Notes: generated from the letters alone by a model not told the origin. A DNA stretch of 62,610 nucleotides, filler included, from 4 parts of 4 records of this genome joined end to end with filler, not necessarily neighbours in it, one strand, 5' to 3'. Numbered from the whole stretch's first letter, positions 30,214 to 41,357 are shown. Program-made: numbers and translations.

Positions 30214-31173
30214 ATGAAAAAAATCACTGTAGGCTTATCGATCCACAGACCGGAAATGGTTCCTGTAGCGTCGGAAATGATGCAATGCCATGATGCCGTT
30301 TTCCTGGAAGAGCCGCCCACGGACGGCTTCGAAGAGATGCTTGCCAACACCCTTTCCGTGGACGAATATTTGCTATCCATGGATATTGAATACCCCGAAT
30401 TCAGCCGGCGAATGTGTCATATTCAACAACAGCTTCATGCCGGGGGTAAGGCCATCTTTCAGGTTGAGCCTTTCATTGAAGAGCTTCTTGGCATTCATGA
30501 CCTGTTTGGCCGGGGATACGGGCCAAAGGATTTAAAACCGGACTCCCGGCAATACCGGGTCTACCGTGCAGAAAGGAATGCCACCGGCACGCTCCTCAAT
30601 TACTACAAAACCGTGATGACCGGTTCATTTGAAATGACCGTTGAGGCGATCAGACACTTTGCCCGTGCGGATGCCGCCCGATTCCGGCTGCGGGACAGGC
30701 TCCGGGCCGAGGCATTGATACACAGGTTCGGCGATTACGCTTCCGTTTATATCGAAGCCGGTGTCATCCATTATCACCTATGGCAGCTTCTCTTCCGTCA
30801 GCTTCCCCGGTCCATACGGGTCCGGCCGGTCTTTCTGGCAGACATCGCGTTTAAGCAAATGAAGCAAAAACGGCTCCTCTACGGACCGGGGGATCAATTG
30901 ACCCTCTGGTATATTTTCCATCCGGCCCTGTCACAAAAAAAACGCGAATCATTGCTTGCGGCCAGGGCCATCATCTATTCCAAGATCATACAAAAAGAAG
31001 AAATGTATGATACTTCAAGCCCGTTTCCCCACCTCGAGGATGAAACCGCCTGCATCCGGATCACCCGTACCCTGTCCATGCCGGACTGCCAGCGCCTGTT
31101 TCCCCTCATCCGGCATGCCAAAACCGCAGACGCCCGCCGGAAGGTGAAGGAATATCGAAACCGTCCGGCCTAA
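30214..31173 (+). CDS. Hypothetical protein, possibly TraB/Tiki/EreA/ChaN-like fold
   Basis: Long ORF with GLSIH, FLEE, RDRLRA and EAGVIH motif spacing. Start codon uncertain (30202 or 30214). Confidence 0.6.
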   Translation: MKKITVGLSIHRPEMVPVASEMMQCHDAVFLEEPPTDGFEEMLANTLSVDEYLLSMDIEYPEFSRRMCHIQQQLHAGGKAIFQVEPFIEELLGIHDLFGRGYGPKDLKPDSRQYRVYRAERNATGTLLNYYKTVMTGSFEMTVEAIRHFARADAARFRLRDRLRAEALIHRFGDYASVYIEAGVIHYHLWQLLFRQLPRSIRVRPVFLADIAFKQMKQKRLLYGPGDQLTLWYIFHPALSQKKRESLLAARAIIYSKIIQKEEMYDTSSPFPHLEDETACIRITRTLSMPDCQRLFPLIRHAKTADARRKVKEYRNRPA

Positions 31174-31175
31174 AT

Positions 31176-31442
31176 TCAGTTCAAGGACCTGCAAGGCACA
31201 TCAAAATCGATGTGGTAATGATCGTCGTGGCGAACCCAAGACCTTCGCCCTGAGAATTTGAGCCAGCCCTTGAGGGCGGGCCATGCATCCTTCGCCCACA
31301 AAAACGATTGAAGTTTGGGGTCGAAAATGATCCTCCGGATTTTCACGTTCCCTGCATCGGCTGCCCGCTTGATGGCAAGGATATGGGCCGCCAGCACCAC
31401 CTCCGACACCCTGCAATGGACATAGGTACGGCCCAGATAACC
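31176..31442 (-). pseudogene. Remnant of a MepA-like (penicillin-insensitive murein endopeptidase-related) gene
   Basis: The frame reads GYLGRTYVHCRVSEVVLAAHILAIK...IIFDP...WVRHDDHYHIDF. There is no proper start and it is far too short for the family. Confidence 0.6.
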
Positions 31443-31503
31443 TTTCTGAGCTGCCGGATGTTCACCATATTCGCCCTTGTGCAGTCCAATGCCGCAAGTC
31501 CTC

Positions 31504-31893
31504 CTAGGAGAATTGATACCCCGCGCCTTCCAGGGCTGCGACCGCTTCCTTTGATTTCACGGATTTCACCAGAATGTAATCCGTGTCATAGGTTGACAGC
31601 GCAAAAATGCTGATTTGCGCTTCAGCCAATACGCCCGAGAGTTTTGCCAGGACGCCGGTCAGATTGAAATCCAATGGCCCCAGCACTTTGATACAGCGCC
31701 AATCATCATTACACCGATCGCTGTCCAGGTCCAATGAAGATGGACAAACGATGGAAAGTTCTTCATCTGATTTACTGATATTGAAAAAGCTGCTTTGGAA
31801 AACCTTTGAAGGTATTTCCGCAGATTCCTTAAAACGATGGATTGAATAAGTGTAATCCAGCAATTTCAGTTTTAAACCGGTCATGGTTTTCAC
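31504..31893 (-). CDS. ACT-domain protein (ACT_7/CASTOR-like)
   Basis: DEELSIVC, WRCIKVLGPLDFNLTGVLA and SIFALSTYDTDYILV. Confidence 0.88.
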   Translation of the reverse strand: MKTMTGLKLKLLDYTYSIHRFKESAEIPSKVFQSSFFNISKSDEELSIVCPSSLDLDSDRCNDDWRCIKVLGPLDFNLTGVLAKLSGVLAEAQISIFALSTYDTDYILVKSVKSKEAVAALEGAGYQFS

Positions 31894-31914
31894 CTTTCCT
31901 GCTTTTTTTACAAC

Positions 31915-32619
31915 TTAAATCCCGAACGATTCCAAGTCAGCGGACAGCATCCCCTCCGTCCCCAGATGCGTCTGCCTGTATTTATTAACCCCACTATGGG
32001 TTTCGATCACGCCACTGTCCAGTGAAACCTTCCACACCCGTTCAAAATTTAGATTCAGGCCGATATAGATGCTATTGGTCCGGGGATGGAAAATCATGGA
32101 GCAATAGGTTATACAGCCGGGATCCCGGGAATACGCCTTACCTAAAAGCTCAAAGCCTTTATCAACGGTGAAATCATTCTTGTGTTTTAAAAGATATTCA
32201 TGGGCGATCTTATATCTATCCGCACCAACACCAACAGCCTCATCGGGCTGTTTACCAATCATACTTTGATTTGCAAAATTTGCCATCACCAGGAAATCAG
32301 AATTCCTCTCAACAATAATATTTTCAGTATTGTCTGTTTCCGAGACGATTGCATTCCCTTTGGAATCCGCAAACAAGTTGTGCAGGGACGGACCGGTATA
32401 TTGAACTGCCTGCTTTTTAGAAATAAACTCCTGAACACTTTCCACATCAGAATACATGGAGATGGTTTCATATTGATCACCGATATGAATCTGGTCATCA
32501 CTTGGTTTCTCGAGACCTTCAATATACGGCTCGATTTCATGGCAGGCACAAAAGAGCCCTTTATCGTTCATTCCGCAAGTATTAGCAAAATAATCGCCGA
32601 ATGTCGTATCCTTGATATA
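31915..32619 (-). CDS. Ntn-hydrolase (C45/choloylglycine hydrolase-like) family protein, 5' end truncated
   Basis: GMNDKGL, HNLFADSKG, MANF and RY motifs. The frame stays open to the contig end. Confidence 0.6.
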   Translation of the reverse strand, partial: YIKDTTFGDYFANTCGMNDKGLFCACHEIEPYIEGLEKPSDDQIHIGDQYETISMYSDVESVQEFISKKQAVQYTGPSLHNLFADSKGNAIVSETDNTENIIVERNSDFLVMANFANQSMIGKQPDEAVGVGADRYKIAHEYLLKHKNDFTVDKGFELLGKAYSRDPGCITYCSMIFHPRTNSIYIGLNLNFERVWKVSLDSGVIETHSGVNKYRQTHLGTEGMLSADLESFGI

Positions 32620-32719
32620 NNNNNNNNNNNNNNNNNNNNNNNNNNNNNNNNNNNNNNNNNNNNTTAATTAATTAANNNNNNNNNNNNNNNNNNNNNNNNN
32701 NNNNNNNNNNNNNNNNNNN
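32620..32719. other. Artificial contig spacer
   Basis: N44-TTAATTAATTAA-N44. Confidence 0.99.
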
Positions 32720-33054
32720 AGTTTCTTGCGCTCGTGCGGCATCCGGATGGCCTCGTCGGCGCGGCCGTCGACGATAACCATGAAGTTGCTCATGATGGCG
32801 TTGCCCGGCACCACGATGGGGCCGTGCTTGGTGCCCTTCATGACGCCTTTATAGCTGGTCAAATCGAGGCCGCTTTCCCCGTATCCGTCGCCGCCCGGCT
32901 GGTGGCATTGAATGCACCGGACTTCGAGGATCGGCATCACATCTCCCTCGAAGGAAATGGTTTCCGCCGCACCGGGCCCGGAAAAACAGACGGCGGCAAT
33001 GGCAAACAGGGCGACGCCCGCAAGCGGGCGGCCGATCTTGACGAGTTTCGACAT
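32720..33054 (-). CDS. Exported c-type cytochrome (planctomycete cytochrome c-like domain), 3' truncated
   Basis: Signal peptide, ISFEGDVMPILEVRCIQCH, GLDL...VVPG and RMP (distal Met). Confidence 0.8.
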
Positions 33055-33257
33055 CGTTCTCTTCCTCCATTCGCCCCGCCGCTTGTTTCGGCGGCTTTTG
33101 TTACAGTTTTATTGTAACACTCCGATGCGGAAACGCCAAAAAAGCGCCCCAACCAATACGTTCCTAGAACGTGCGTGTGCGGTGTCAGAGTCGGAAAACC
33201 GATATCGTTTTCCGTTTCCCATTGCCAAACCGGCAGATCCGCCGTCAATTCGCGGGA

Positions 33258-34139
33258 TCAGAGAACCCGCCCGGCGACCGCGCCCAATTTATCGGCCAAC
33301 GCCGGATCGCGGGCTTCCGGTGCCGTTTGGATGGCGACGGAAAGCGCCGTCTGGCAGCCTTGTTCGCAGGTCGTCGCGCGGCCGACCAGTTTTGGTACCG
33401 CCTGTTTGATCAGTGCCCGGCCCTTGTCGGCGTTCTCCATGACGACCTTGATTACCTGATCGACCGTTACCGCCTCGTGGCCGGTGTGCCAGCAATCGTA
33501 GTCGGTGACCATGGCGATCGAGGCGTAGCAAAGCTCGGCCTCCCGGGCCAGCTTCGCTTCCGGCATGTTGGTCATGCCGATCACCGAGCAGCCCCAGCTG
33601 CGGTAAAGTTCGGATTCGGCCCGGGTCGAGAACTGCGGCCCTTCCATGGCCAAATACGTGCCGCCGCGCACCATGTCGAGGCCCAGATCCTGGGCGGCTT
33701 CCCAAAGCGCGTCGCCGAGGCGCGAGCAGACCGGATCGCCGAAGCCCATATGGGCGACCATGCCGGTCGAGAAGAAACTTTTCTCGCGCTTGAAGGTGCG
33801 GTCGATGAACTGATCGACCAGCACGAATCGGCCCGGCGGCAACTCCTCTTTCAGGGACCCGACGGCGCTGACGCCCATGATTTCGGTCACGCCGGCGCGT
33901 TTCAGGGCGTCGATGTTGGCCCGGTAGTTGACTTCGCTGGGCGGGATGCGGTGGCCGCGGCCGTGGCGCGGCAGAAACACCATCTTCTGGCCGTCGAGAT
34001 CGCCGAACAACAACTCGTCCGACGGCGTGCCGAACGTCGATTCCACCTTCTTCCATTCGGCGTTTTTCAAGCCGTCGATGTCATAAACGCCACTGCCGCC
34101 GATAACGCCGATGACCGGGGGGGTGCCGGGTTCCGCCAT
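33258..34139 (-). CDS. mtnP: S-methyl-5'-thioadenosine phosphorylase
   Basis: GVIGGSG, RHGRGH, EGPQFSTRAES, GMTNMPEAKLAREA and VTDYDCW. Confidence 0.95.
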   Translation of the reverse strand: MAEPGTPPVIGVIGGSGVYDIDGLKNAEWKKVESTFGTPSDELLFGDLDGQKMVFLPRHGRGHRIPPSEVNYRANIDALKRAGVTEIMGVSAVGSLKEELPPGRFVLVDQFIDRTFKREKSFFSTGMVAHMGFGDPVCSRLGDALWEAAQDLGLDMVRGGTYLAMEGPQFSTRAESELYRSWGCSVIGMTNMPEAKLAREAELCYASIAMVTDYDCWHTGHEAVTVDQVIKVVMENADKGRALIKQAVPKLVGRATTCEQGCQTALSVAIQTAPEARDPALADKLGAVAGRVL

Positions 34140-34372
34140 GTTTCTGATCCTCCAAAGGTGTGAAAACGCGGGCGCCAGTTTTTCAGGTTCGCGCGCCGGG
34201 TTCAACCAACTTACTTGCATCTATTCCGCAAGACAGCGGGGCTCAGTTCGGGGTTGCCGCCGCCGAATACGATAAATGGGTGAATCCTACGGTTTTTACT
34301 CGACAAAATTGTATCTCGACGATACCGTAACCCGAAAAACAAAGAGAGAACAACGAAGCGGGGAGGGAATCC

Positions 34373-36682
34373 ATGAGGTGCGCGCCGGCATCGTCCGGGA
34401 TCTCTACGTTCCTGGCACTCTTTGCCTGTATGAGTTTGTCCGCCTGCCAAACCACGGGCGGCGGACCGGCGATGACGGTGGGAAACGAAGCCGTTGCCGA
34501 AAAACCGGTTTCAATGGCCTTCTACACACCGTTCTATGACCAGGGCGATCATTTGGCCAAGCTCGTCGACGCCGGTGAATTCGACGACGCATCCAAGTTG
34601 TTTTCCGAACAAAGAGACTTTTTCAACCAAAAGCGCGATCAGCACCGCCAAGTTCTGGCAACGTTGGCCAGCCATTTCAGTGCAACCGCCGAGGGCCGTC
34701 TGCGAATGGCCGAACGTGCCCTGAAAGATGTCCGCTGGTCGGTTCCGCTGGAGGATTGGATGGATATCCGGGCGGCGCTGGCATTGGCGAAGACGGCAAT
34801 CGATACCTATCCGAAAGAGGCGATCCTTGAGGATGCCGAATTCAGATCGTTCCGGCTGTCCGCCGTCGAGCAGGCGAGATCGAAGCTCGTTGCCGAAATC
34901 AAGGAAGATGCAGCCGATCAGTTCCGCGGCTACGACCATTTCGGCGAAACGGGTTTTTTCGAAGTCTACCCGGTCAACGTCAAATCGCCCGGGTTCCTGC
35001 GTGACAATTTCAATGCGCTGGAGGCCGGGCTCGACGGCGTAGGGGCAGACAAGCTCACGGCTTTCTCGCGGCATTTCACGAAGAAAGATGTTGGGCTTGC
35101 CGCCTGGAACCGGCTTGGGAACAGGTACCTTAAGGCCTTGCTGGCCGAAGGTGGCGGGACGGCCAAACCCGATCTGAAAACGGCGTTGGAAGCGGTGTCG
35201 AAGGCACGAGATGCCGGTTTCGAACCGAACGGAATTCCCGGTCTTGAAATCGCCTTTGTCGAAATTACCAGTCGGACTCTGCTCAAACAGGGACAGATCG
35301 AATTTCCCGTTGCCGTCGATGTCGACCTGCCGGTCGAAACGGTGAGAGCCGAATTGGACAAGGCCCTGATCGATCACACGGCGCAGTTCTCCGATTATAC
35401 GATCATTCTCGACGTTGCCCTGGCGAAAACCAAACGCCGCGTAACCGGCACCAAAAAAATGCCGGCGAGGATTCTGGCGGGATACCGAACCGAACCGAAC
35501 CCCGAATACCGGGTTGTCGAAAACGAAGTTGCCGAAGCCCGCATGACGGTCCAGAACGCGGCGCTGGATTCGGCTTCGGTCAACTCGCAGTACTGTCAGG
35601 GGATCGGATGCTTCGGCAAGGCCATCGCCCAGCTTGCGGCCGGTGCCGCCCGCGGCAAGGCGCAGGAAGGGCTCAAGGCGTCGATGGAAAGACTTCGCGC
35701 CACGCCGATGACGCTCGAAATTCCCGTTTACCGGAAGTACCGGTACGACAAGGCGACCGTAAAATCGTCGAAGCTGATGACGGTTCACTACTATGTCGTC
35801 GACCGCAAAAAACGGGAATTCTTCAAATCGACATTCGATATCGAAGAAGAGCGCACATTTGGTGTCGCCTACGGGGTCCATGAAGACGATCCCGAAAAAT
35901 CATCTCACATGGCTTCGGCCGACAGCGAAGACGACGTCATCGCCTGGGAGGAAGAGGGCGCCGGCGTTGCCCTGTCCAGATTGGTTCAGCACTACATCGA
36001 CAACGCCGGGGAAAGCCGCCCTCTGCCGCGATTGACCGATCTGCGCGAAGAAATGCTGCGAGACAAGAACCAGGCATTGGCGCGCTATCGCGAACAGACC
36101 TTCGAAGGCAGCACCCAGTCCGATCCCCGCTTCGACAGCGTCGTCGTCATTTACACTTTGGATGGCACCCTTGGGACCGGATTTTTCGTTCGGCCGGATG
36201 TTGTCATGACCAATCATCACGTGGTCGAAGACGGCGAATTCGTCGAAATGAAGATGTATGGCGGTCAGGAAACGTTCGGCAAGGTCATTGCCCGCGATGT
36301 TCGGATCGATCTCGCCTTGATCAAGGTTCAGGCTCGGGGGAAGCCGGTCAAGTTCTACTCCGACAATAAAATTGAACTCGGCAGTACGGTTGAGGTGATC
36401 GGCCATCCTAGGGGACTGGAATTTTCCATAACCCGCGGAGTCATTAGCGCCGTGCGAGAAATGCAGGCGCCAAACATCAGAACGAAGAGGGGTGTACTCC
36501 ATTTGCAGATTGATGCCGCTACGAATCGAGGGAATTCCGGAGGACCGGTATTCATGGAGGACAAAGTGGTCGGCGTCGTCTCCTGGGGACTGCCCAAAAG
36601 CAAAGTGGAGAACCTCAATTTCACCATTCACTATTCCGAGGCGATCCGGTTTTTCAAGGAGGAACTCGGTGTAAGTTCATGA
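34373..36682 (+). CDS. Large lipoprotein with C-terminal trypsin-like (S1C) serine protease domain
   Basis: Lipobox LSAC; GTGFF, TNHHVV, DLAL and GNSGGP in the last ~190 aa; no PDZ. Confidence 0.85.
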   Translation: MRCAPASSGISTFLALFACMSLSACQTTGGGPAMTVGNEAVAEKPVSMAFYTPFYDQGDHLAKLVDAGEFDDASKLFSEQRDFFNQKRDQHRQVLATLASHFSATAEGRLRMAERALKDVRWSVPLEDWMDIRAALALAKTAIDTYPKEAILEDAEFRSFRLSAVEQARSKLVAEIKEDAADQFRGYDHFGETGFFEVYPVNVKSPGFLRDNFNALEAGLDGVGADKLTAFSRHFTKKDVGLAAWNRLGNRYLKALLAEGGGTAKPDLKTALEAVSKARDAGFEPNGIPGLEIAFVEITSRTLLKQGQIEFPVAVDVDLPVETVRAELDKALIDHTAQFSDYTIILDVALAKTKRRVTGTKKMPARILAGYRTEPNPEYRVVENEVAEARMTVQNAALDSASVNSQYCQGIGCFGKAIAQLAAGAARGKAQEGLKASMERLRATPMTLEIPVYRKYRYDKATVKSSKLMTVHYYVVDRKKREFFKSTFDIEEERTFGVAYGVHEDDPEKSSHMASADSEDDVIAWEEEGAGVALSRLVQHYIDNAGESRPLPRLTDLREEMLRDKNQALARYREQTFEGSTQSDPRFDSVVVIYTLDGTLGTGFFVRPDVVMTNHHVVEDGEFVEMKMYGGQETFGKVIARDVRIDLALIKVQARGKPVKFYSDNKIELGSTVEVIGHPRGLEFSITRGVISAVREMQAPNIRTKRGVLHLQIDAATNRGNSGGPVFMEDKVVGVVSWGLPKSKVENLNFTIHYSEAIRFFKEELGVSS

Positions 36683-37476
36683 AATTTAGGGAGCGAGCGA
36701 AGACAGCCATGGGGAATCAGGCAGTACGGCGTTTTATCGTGCTGGTCGCGATCTCGGTGATTGCCACCGGATGCATTGGAAAACCAACAACCCGATTGGG
36801 CATGGTCGAAGATCGGGAAACGGGGCTCCAGTTCGGTTCCGTCGTTGACGGAAGCCTTCTTACCGATGCTTCGTTCCACAAGAACAAACGCATCAAAATC
36901 AGGACTCGCAACACCTCCGGTGACCTCGCCTTCGATCTTCACGGATTTACCGACCGGCTGAGCCGGGACTACGCCGCGAAAGGGTACGAGCCCACCACGG
37001 ACGACGATTTCGGCCTGTTGCTTGACGTCAATGTCAAATACAGCGGGCAGATCCAGGAATCCCTGGCGCTTGAATACGGGCTATTGGCGGCGGCCGGCGG
37101 CGGTGTCGCCGGCATGGCAATCCGCAGCGACCAGACTGCCACTGCTGCCGGCGTTCTTACCGGTGCGACCTTCGGCACTATCGCCGGCAGCTACGTGACC
37201 GACGATACCTATATCGTCATTGCCGACGTGACCTTCGCAACCATCAAAGAGCCTCGAAAGACGTCTTCGAAAACGATCACTTTCAGCCGCAGCCTCAAGC
37301 CGCACGAGGACGAGGACGAGCGACAGCAAAAAGAGGAACGGCGGTCCGCGCGTGGGTTCAAAAAAACCTATCAGGTGGAAGTGGCGGTGTTCGCTGGAGG
37401 CCGCAATGCGGTGCAATCGAAAATCGCCGAAGACGTTCGCCAGCGCCTGATCCGCATCGTCGGTGACATTATTTGA
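36679..37476 (+). CDS. TraT-like (complement-resistance family) lipoprotein
   Basis: Lipobox ATGC; RNTSG...L..KGY; glycine-zipper hydrophobic hairpin; D.TY....DV. ATGA overlap with the protease gene. Confidence 0.7.
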   Translation: MKFRERAKTAMGNQAVRRFIVLVAISVIATGCIGKPTTRLGMVEDRETGLQFGSVVDGSLLTDASFHKNKRIKIRTRNTSGDLAFDLHGFTDRLSRDYAAKGYEPTTDDDFGLLLDVNVKYSGQIQESLALEYGLLAAAGGGVAGMAIRSDQTATAAGVLTGATFGTIAGSYVTDDTYIVIADVTFATIKEPRKTSSKTITFSRSLKPHEDEDERQQKEERRSARGFKKTYQVEVAVFAGGRNAVQSKIAEDVRQRLIRIVGDII

Positions 37477-37486
37477 TTGGTAAGAG

Positions 37487-38587
37487 CTAGACGTTGAAGC
37501 GGAAAAGAATCACGTCGCCGTCACGCAGGACATAGTCGCGGCCTTCCTGGCGCATCTTGCCGGCTTCCTTGGCGCCGTGTTCGCCGCCAAGGGCAACGAA
37601 ATCGTCAAACGAAATGGTTTCGGCACAGATGAAACCGCGCTCGAAATCGGTGTGAATGGCGCCGGCGGCGCGCGGTGCGGTCGATCCGCCGCGCACGGTC
37701 CAGGCCCGGCTTTCCTTCGGACCCGTGGTGAAAAAGGTGAGCAGATCGAGAAGATCGTACCCGGCCCGGATGACCTGGCCCAAACCGGTCTCCGCCAATC
37801 CCAGGGATTCCAGAAACTCGGCTTTTTCTTCCGCGTCCGAAAGCTGTGCAATCTCGGCTTCGATGGCGGCCGAGATAACGACGGTTCCGGCGCCCTCGGC
37901 CGCGGCCATTTCGGAGACGGCCTTGGCGTATCCGTTGCCGTCGGCGGCCGATGATTCGTCGACGTTGCAGACGTAAAGCACCCGCTTGGCGGTGAGAAGC
38001 TGAAGGTTGCGGAACTCCTGGCGACGTTCGGGCGGAACTTCGACCTTGCGGGCCGGTATGCCTTGGCGCAAGGCTTCCAGCGCCGGTTCCATGACGACCA
38101 GGCGGTCCCGCGATTCTTTGTCCCCGCCCTTGGCCCGTTTGATGACCGGTTCGATGCGCCGCTCCAGGCTTTCGAGGTCGGACAGCAATAGCTCGGTCGA
38201 CACCACCTCGGCATCGCGTACGGGGTCGATCGAGGATTCGGTATGGGCGATGTTGTCGTCTTCGAAACAGCGCAGCACGTGGATGATCGCATCGACCTCG
38301 CGGATGTTGGACAGGAACTGGTTGCCCAGCCCCTCGCCTTTGCTGGCGCCGCGCACAAGACCGGCGATGTCGACGAACTCAAGGAAGGTCGGCGTCTTTT
38401 TGGCCGATTTGGTGATGGCGAAAACCTGATCCAATCGCGGATCCGGCACCGCCACCCGTCCCGAATTGGGTTCGATGGTGCAAAACGGATAGTTCGCGGC
38501 CTCGGCCTGGGCGGTCTCGGTCAGCGCGTTGAATAGCGTCGATTTGCCGACATTCGGCAAGCCGACAATGCCGCAGTTAAATCCCAT
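37487..38587 (-). CDS. ychF: Redox-regulated ATPase YchF
   Basis: GIVGLPNVGKSTLFNALT, NYPFCTIEPN, DIAGLV and IHTDFERGFI. Confidence 0.98.
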   Translation of the reverse strand: MGFNCGIVGLPNVGKSTLFNALTETAQAEAANYPFCTIEPNSGRVAVPDPRLDQVFAITKSAKKTPTFLEFVDIAGLVRGASKGEGLGNQFLSNIREVDAIIHVLRCFEDDNIAHTESSIDPVRDAEVVSTELLLSDLESLERRIEPVIKRAKGGDKESRDRLVVMEPALEALRQGIPARKVEVPPERRQEFRNLQLLTAKRVLYVCNVDESSAADGNGYAKAVSEMAAAEGAGTVVISAAIEAEIAQLSDAEEKAEFLESLGLAETGLGQVIRAGYDLLDLLTFFTTGPKESRAWTVRGGSTAPRAAGAIHTDFERGFICAETISFDDFVALGGEHGAKEAGKMRQEGRDYVLRDGDVILFRFNV

Positions 38588-39236
38588 TGCCCGGTGTCTT
38601 CTCCGTTTTGATTGCGGCCGGTGTGCCGTCTTTGCCGTCGAGCGCTTCGTCCGGTTTCTTGTGGACCGGAGGTTTCATGATCAAGGCGACCTTGGTCATG
38701 AAACCGGAATCGTCGCCTTCGGCCAGAAAAGGAAAAGCCTGGGCGATGGCGTCGACCAGCTTTTCCACCCACTGGCTGTCGGATTTAGAGAAATCCTTCA
38801 GCACATGACCGACGACACGTTCTTTATCGCCGGGATGGCCGATGCCGATTCTCACCCGCCCATAGTTGGGGCCGATGCGGGAATGGATGGATCGAAGCCC
38901 ATTGTGCCCGGCATGACCGCCGCCACGTTTGACCCTGATCTTGCCGGCGGCGAGATCCAGTTCATCGTGCAGGACGATCACCTTCTCGGGCGGGACCTTG
39001 AAGAAACGAACCGCGCCCAGAACGGCGTCGCCCGACCGGTTCATGAAGGTCATGGGCTTGAAGGCGATCACCTTGTAGCCCAGCACCTCGCCTTCGGCCA
39101 GTTTGCCGTGGAACTTCGTGCGAAAACGCGAGAACCCATGGCGCAGAACGATCTCGTCCAGCGCCATGAATCCCACATTGTGACGGTTCCGGGCGTAGTC
39201 GGATCCCGGGTTTCCGAGGCCGACCACCAGAAGCAT
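38577..39236 (-). CDS. pth: Peptidyl-tRNA hydrolase
   Basis: GLGNPG, RHNVGF, TFMN, GGHNGL-like GHNGLRS and RIGIGHP. Confidence 0.97.
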   Translation of the reverse strand: MLLVVGLGNPGSDYARNRHNVGFMALDEIVLRHGFSRFRTKFHGKLAEGEVLGYKVIAFKPMTFMNRSGDAVLGAVRFFKVPPEKVIVLHDELDLAAGKIRVKRGGGHAGHNGLRSIHSRIGPNYGRVRIGIGHPGDKERVVGHVLKDFSKSDSQWVEKLVDAIAQAFPFLAEGDDSGFMTKVALIMKPPVHKKPDEALDGKDGTPAAIKTEKTPGNGI

Positions 39237-39266
39237 GACGGGTCCTCCTGCCTAAGGCGAAGATCC

Positions 39267-39944
39267 CTAATCTTCGGATGCTTCCTCGGCGTCTTCGGCA
39301 GCGCCCTCTTCGCCCTCGATCTCTTCGCCTTCCTCGCCTTCCTCACCTTCGGCGGCTTCCGCGGCCTCGGCCTTGACGACAGACGGCGCGGCGATGGTTG
39401 CGATGGTGAAGTCGCGGTCGGTGATGGCGGATTCGACGCCGTCCGGCAGCTCAATATGGCTGATATGGATGGAATCGCCGATTTCCAAACCGGTCAGATC
39501 GACGATGATCGTCTCCGGAATGTTATCGGGCGAGCACACCAGATCGAGATCGCGGCGCACGATATTGAGCACGCCACCGCGTTTGAGGCCCGGCGAGTCT
39601 TCTTCGTTCTGGAAGATGACGGCAACGTCGATATTGATTTTCGTATCCGCAGAGAACCTCAGGAAATCGACATGCAACGGTCGGTCCGTAATCGGATCGA
39701 ACTGCACATCGCGAGGCAGAACGCGGTGCGTATCCTTGCCAAGGGTAATATCGAAAACGCGACCGAAGAAGCCGGGTTTATTCAGCTCCTGAAACAGGAC
39801 GAGGGGATCGATCGAGATCATCATGGGGTTAACCTTGTTCCCATAAATGACCGCGGGTACCCGGCCGGCGCGACGAGTCGCGCGGGCTGCCCCCTTACCT
39901 GCCCGCTCGCGAATTTCGGCGGAGAGAAGGTTCTGCTCGGCCAT
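39267..39944 (-). CDS. rplY: 50S ribosomal protein bL25/Ctc
   Basis: GKGAARATRRAGRVPAVIYG, HVDF, PGLKRGG and acidic tail. Confidence 0.97.
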   Translation of the reverse strand: MAEQNLLSAEIRERAGKGAARATRRAGRVPAVIYGNKVNPMMISIDPLVLFQELNKPGFFGRVFDITLGKDTHRVLPRDVQFDPITDRPLHVDFLRFSADTKINIDVAVIFQNEEDSPGLKRGGVLNIVRRDLDLVCSPDNIPETIIVDLTGLEIGDSIHISHIELPDGVESAITDRDFTIATIAAPSVVKAEAAEAAEGEEGEEGEEIEGEEGAAEDAEEASED

Positions 39945-40135
39945 TTCGCAAACTCCTAGTCAAATTGAACAACGCCGGCCTCCAGGGGTGCCGACGTGAT
40001 TGGACCGGCGTGCAATAAAGCTACGCGGCCGTTTGGTCAACCATTTTGTCGAAAAACAGCGGAAAAAGAGGGCCTGTGACGGCGCCACCGCCGACGACGA
40101 TTCGCCGTATCGACGCGCTTTTTTCGCCGGTTGAC

Positions 40136-41068
<933 letters not shown>

Positions 41069-41357
41069 TAGTCCGGCTTTCCTTTGCCGCCATTGCGGCA
41101 GGAAAATTGAGGTGATAACCCGCAAACCCCCCCGGGGACTACATCGTCCCGCCCCCGGACGGCGCGGAATTTAACAGCGCGTTCCCGGGCTGTAAACGCC
41201 CTTGTCGGTCTGCCGGGTCGATACGGCACACACAGGGGCTCAAATCGGCATCGCTCGGGTTTTTTTCTTGAAGCCGACACTGCGGCCATGAACAATCGGG
41301 ACCTTCCGATGCACTCCTTGAATTTCCAAGGGATAATAAAAAGTAGGGGATGAATAA

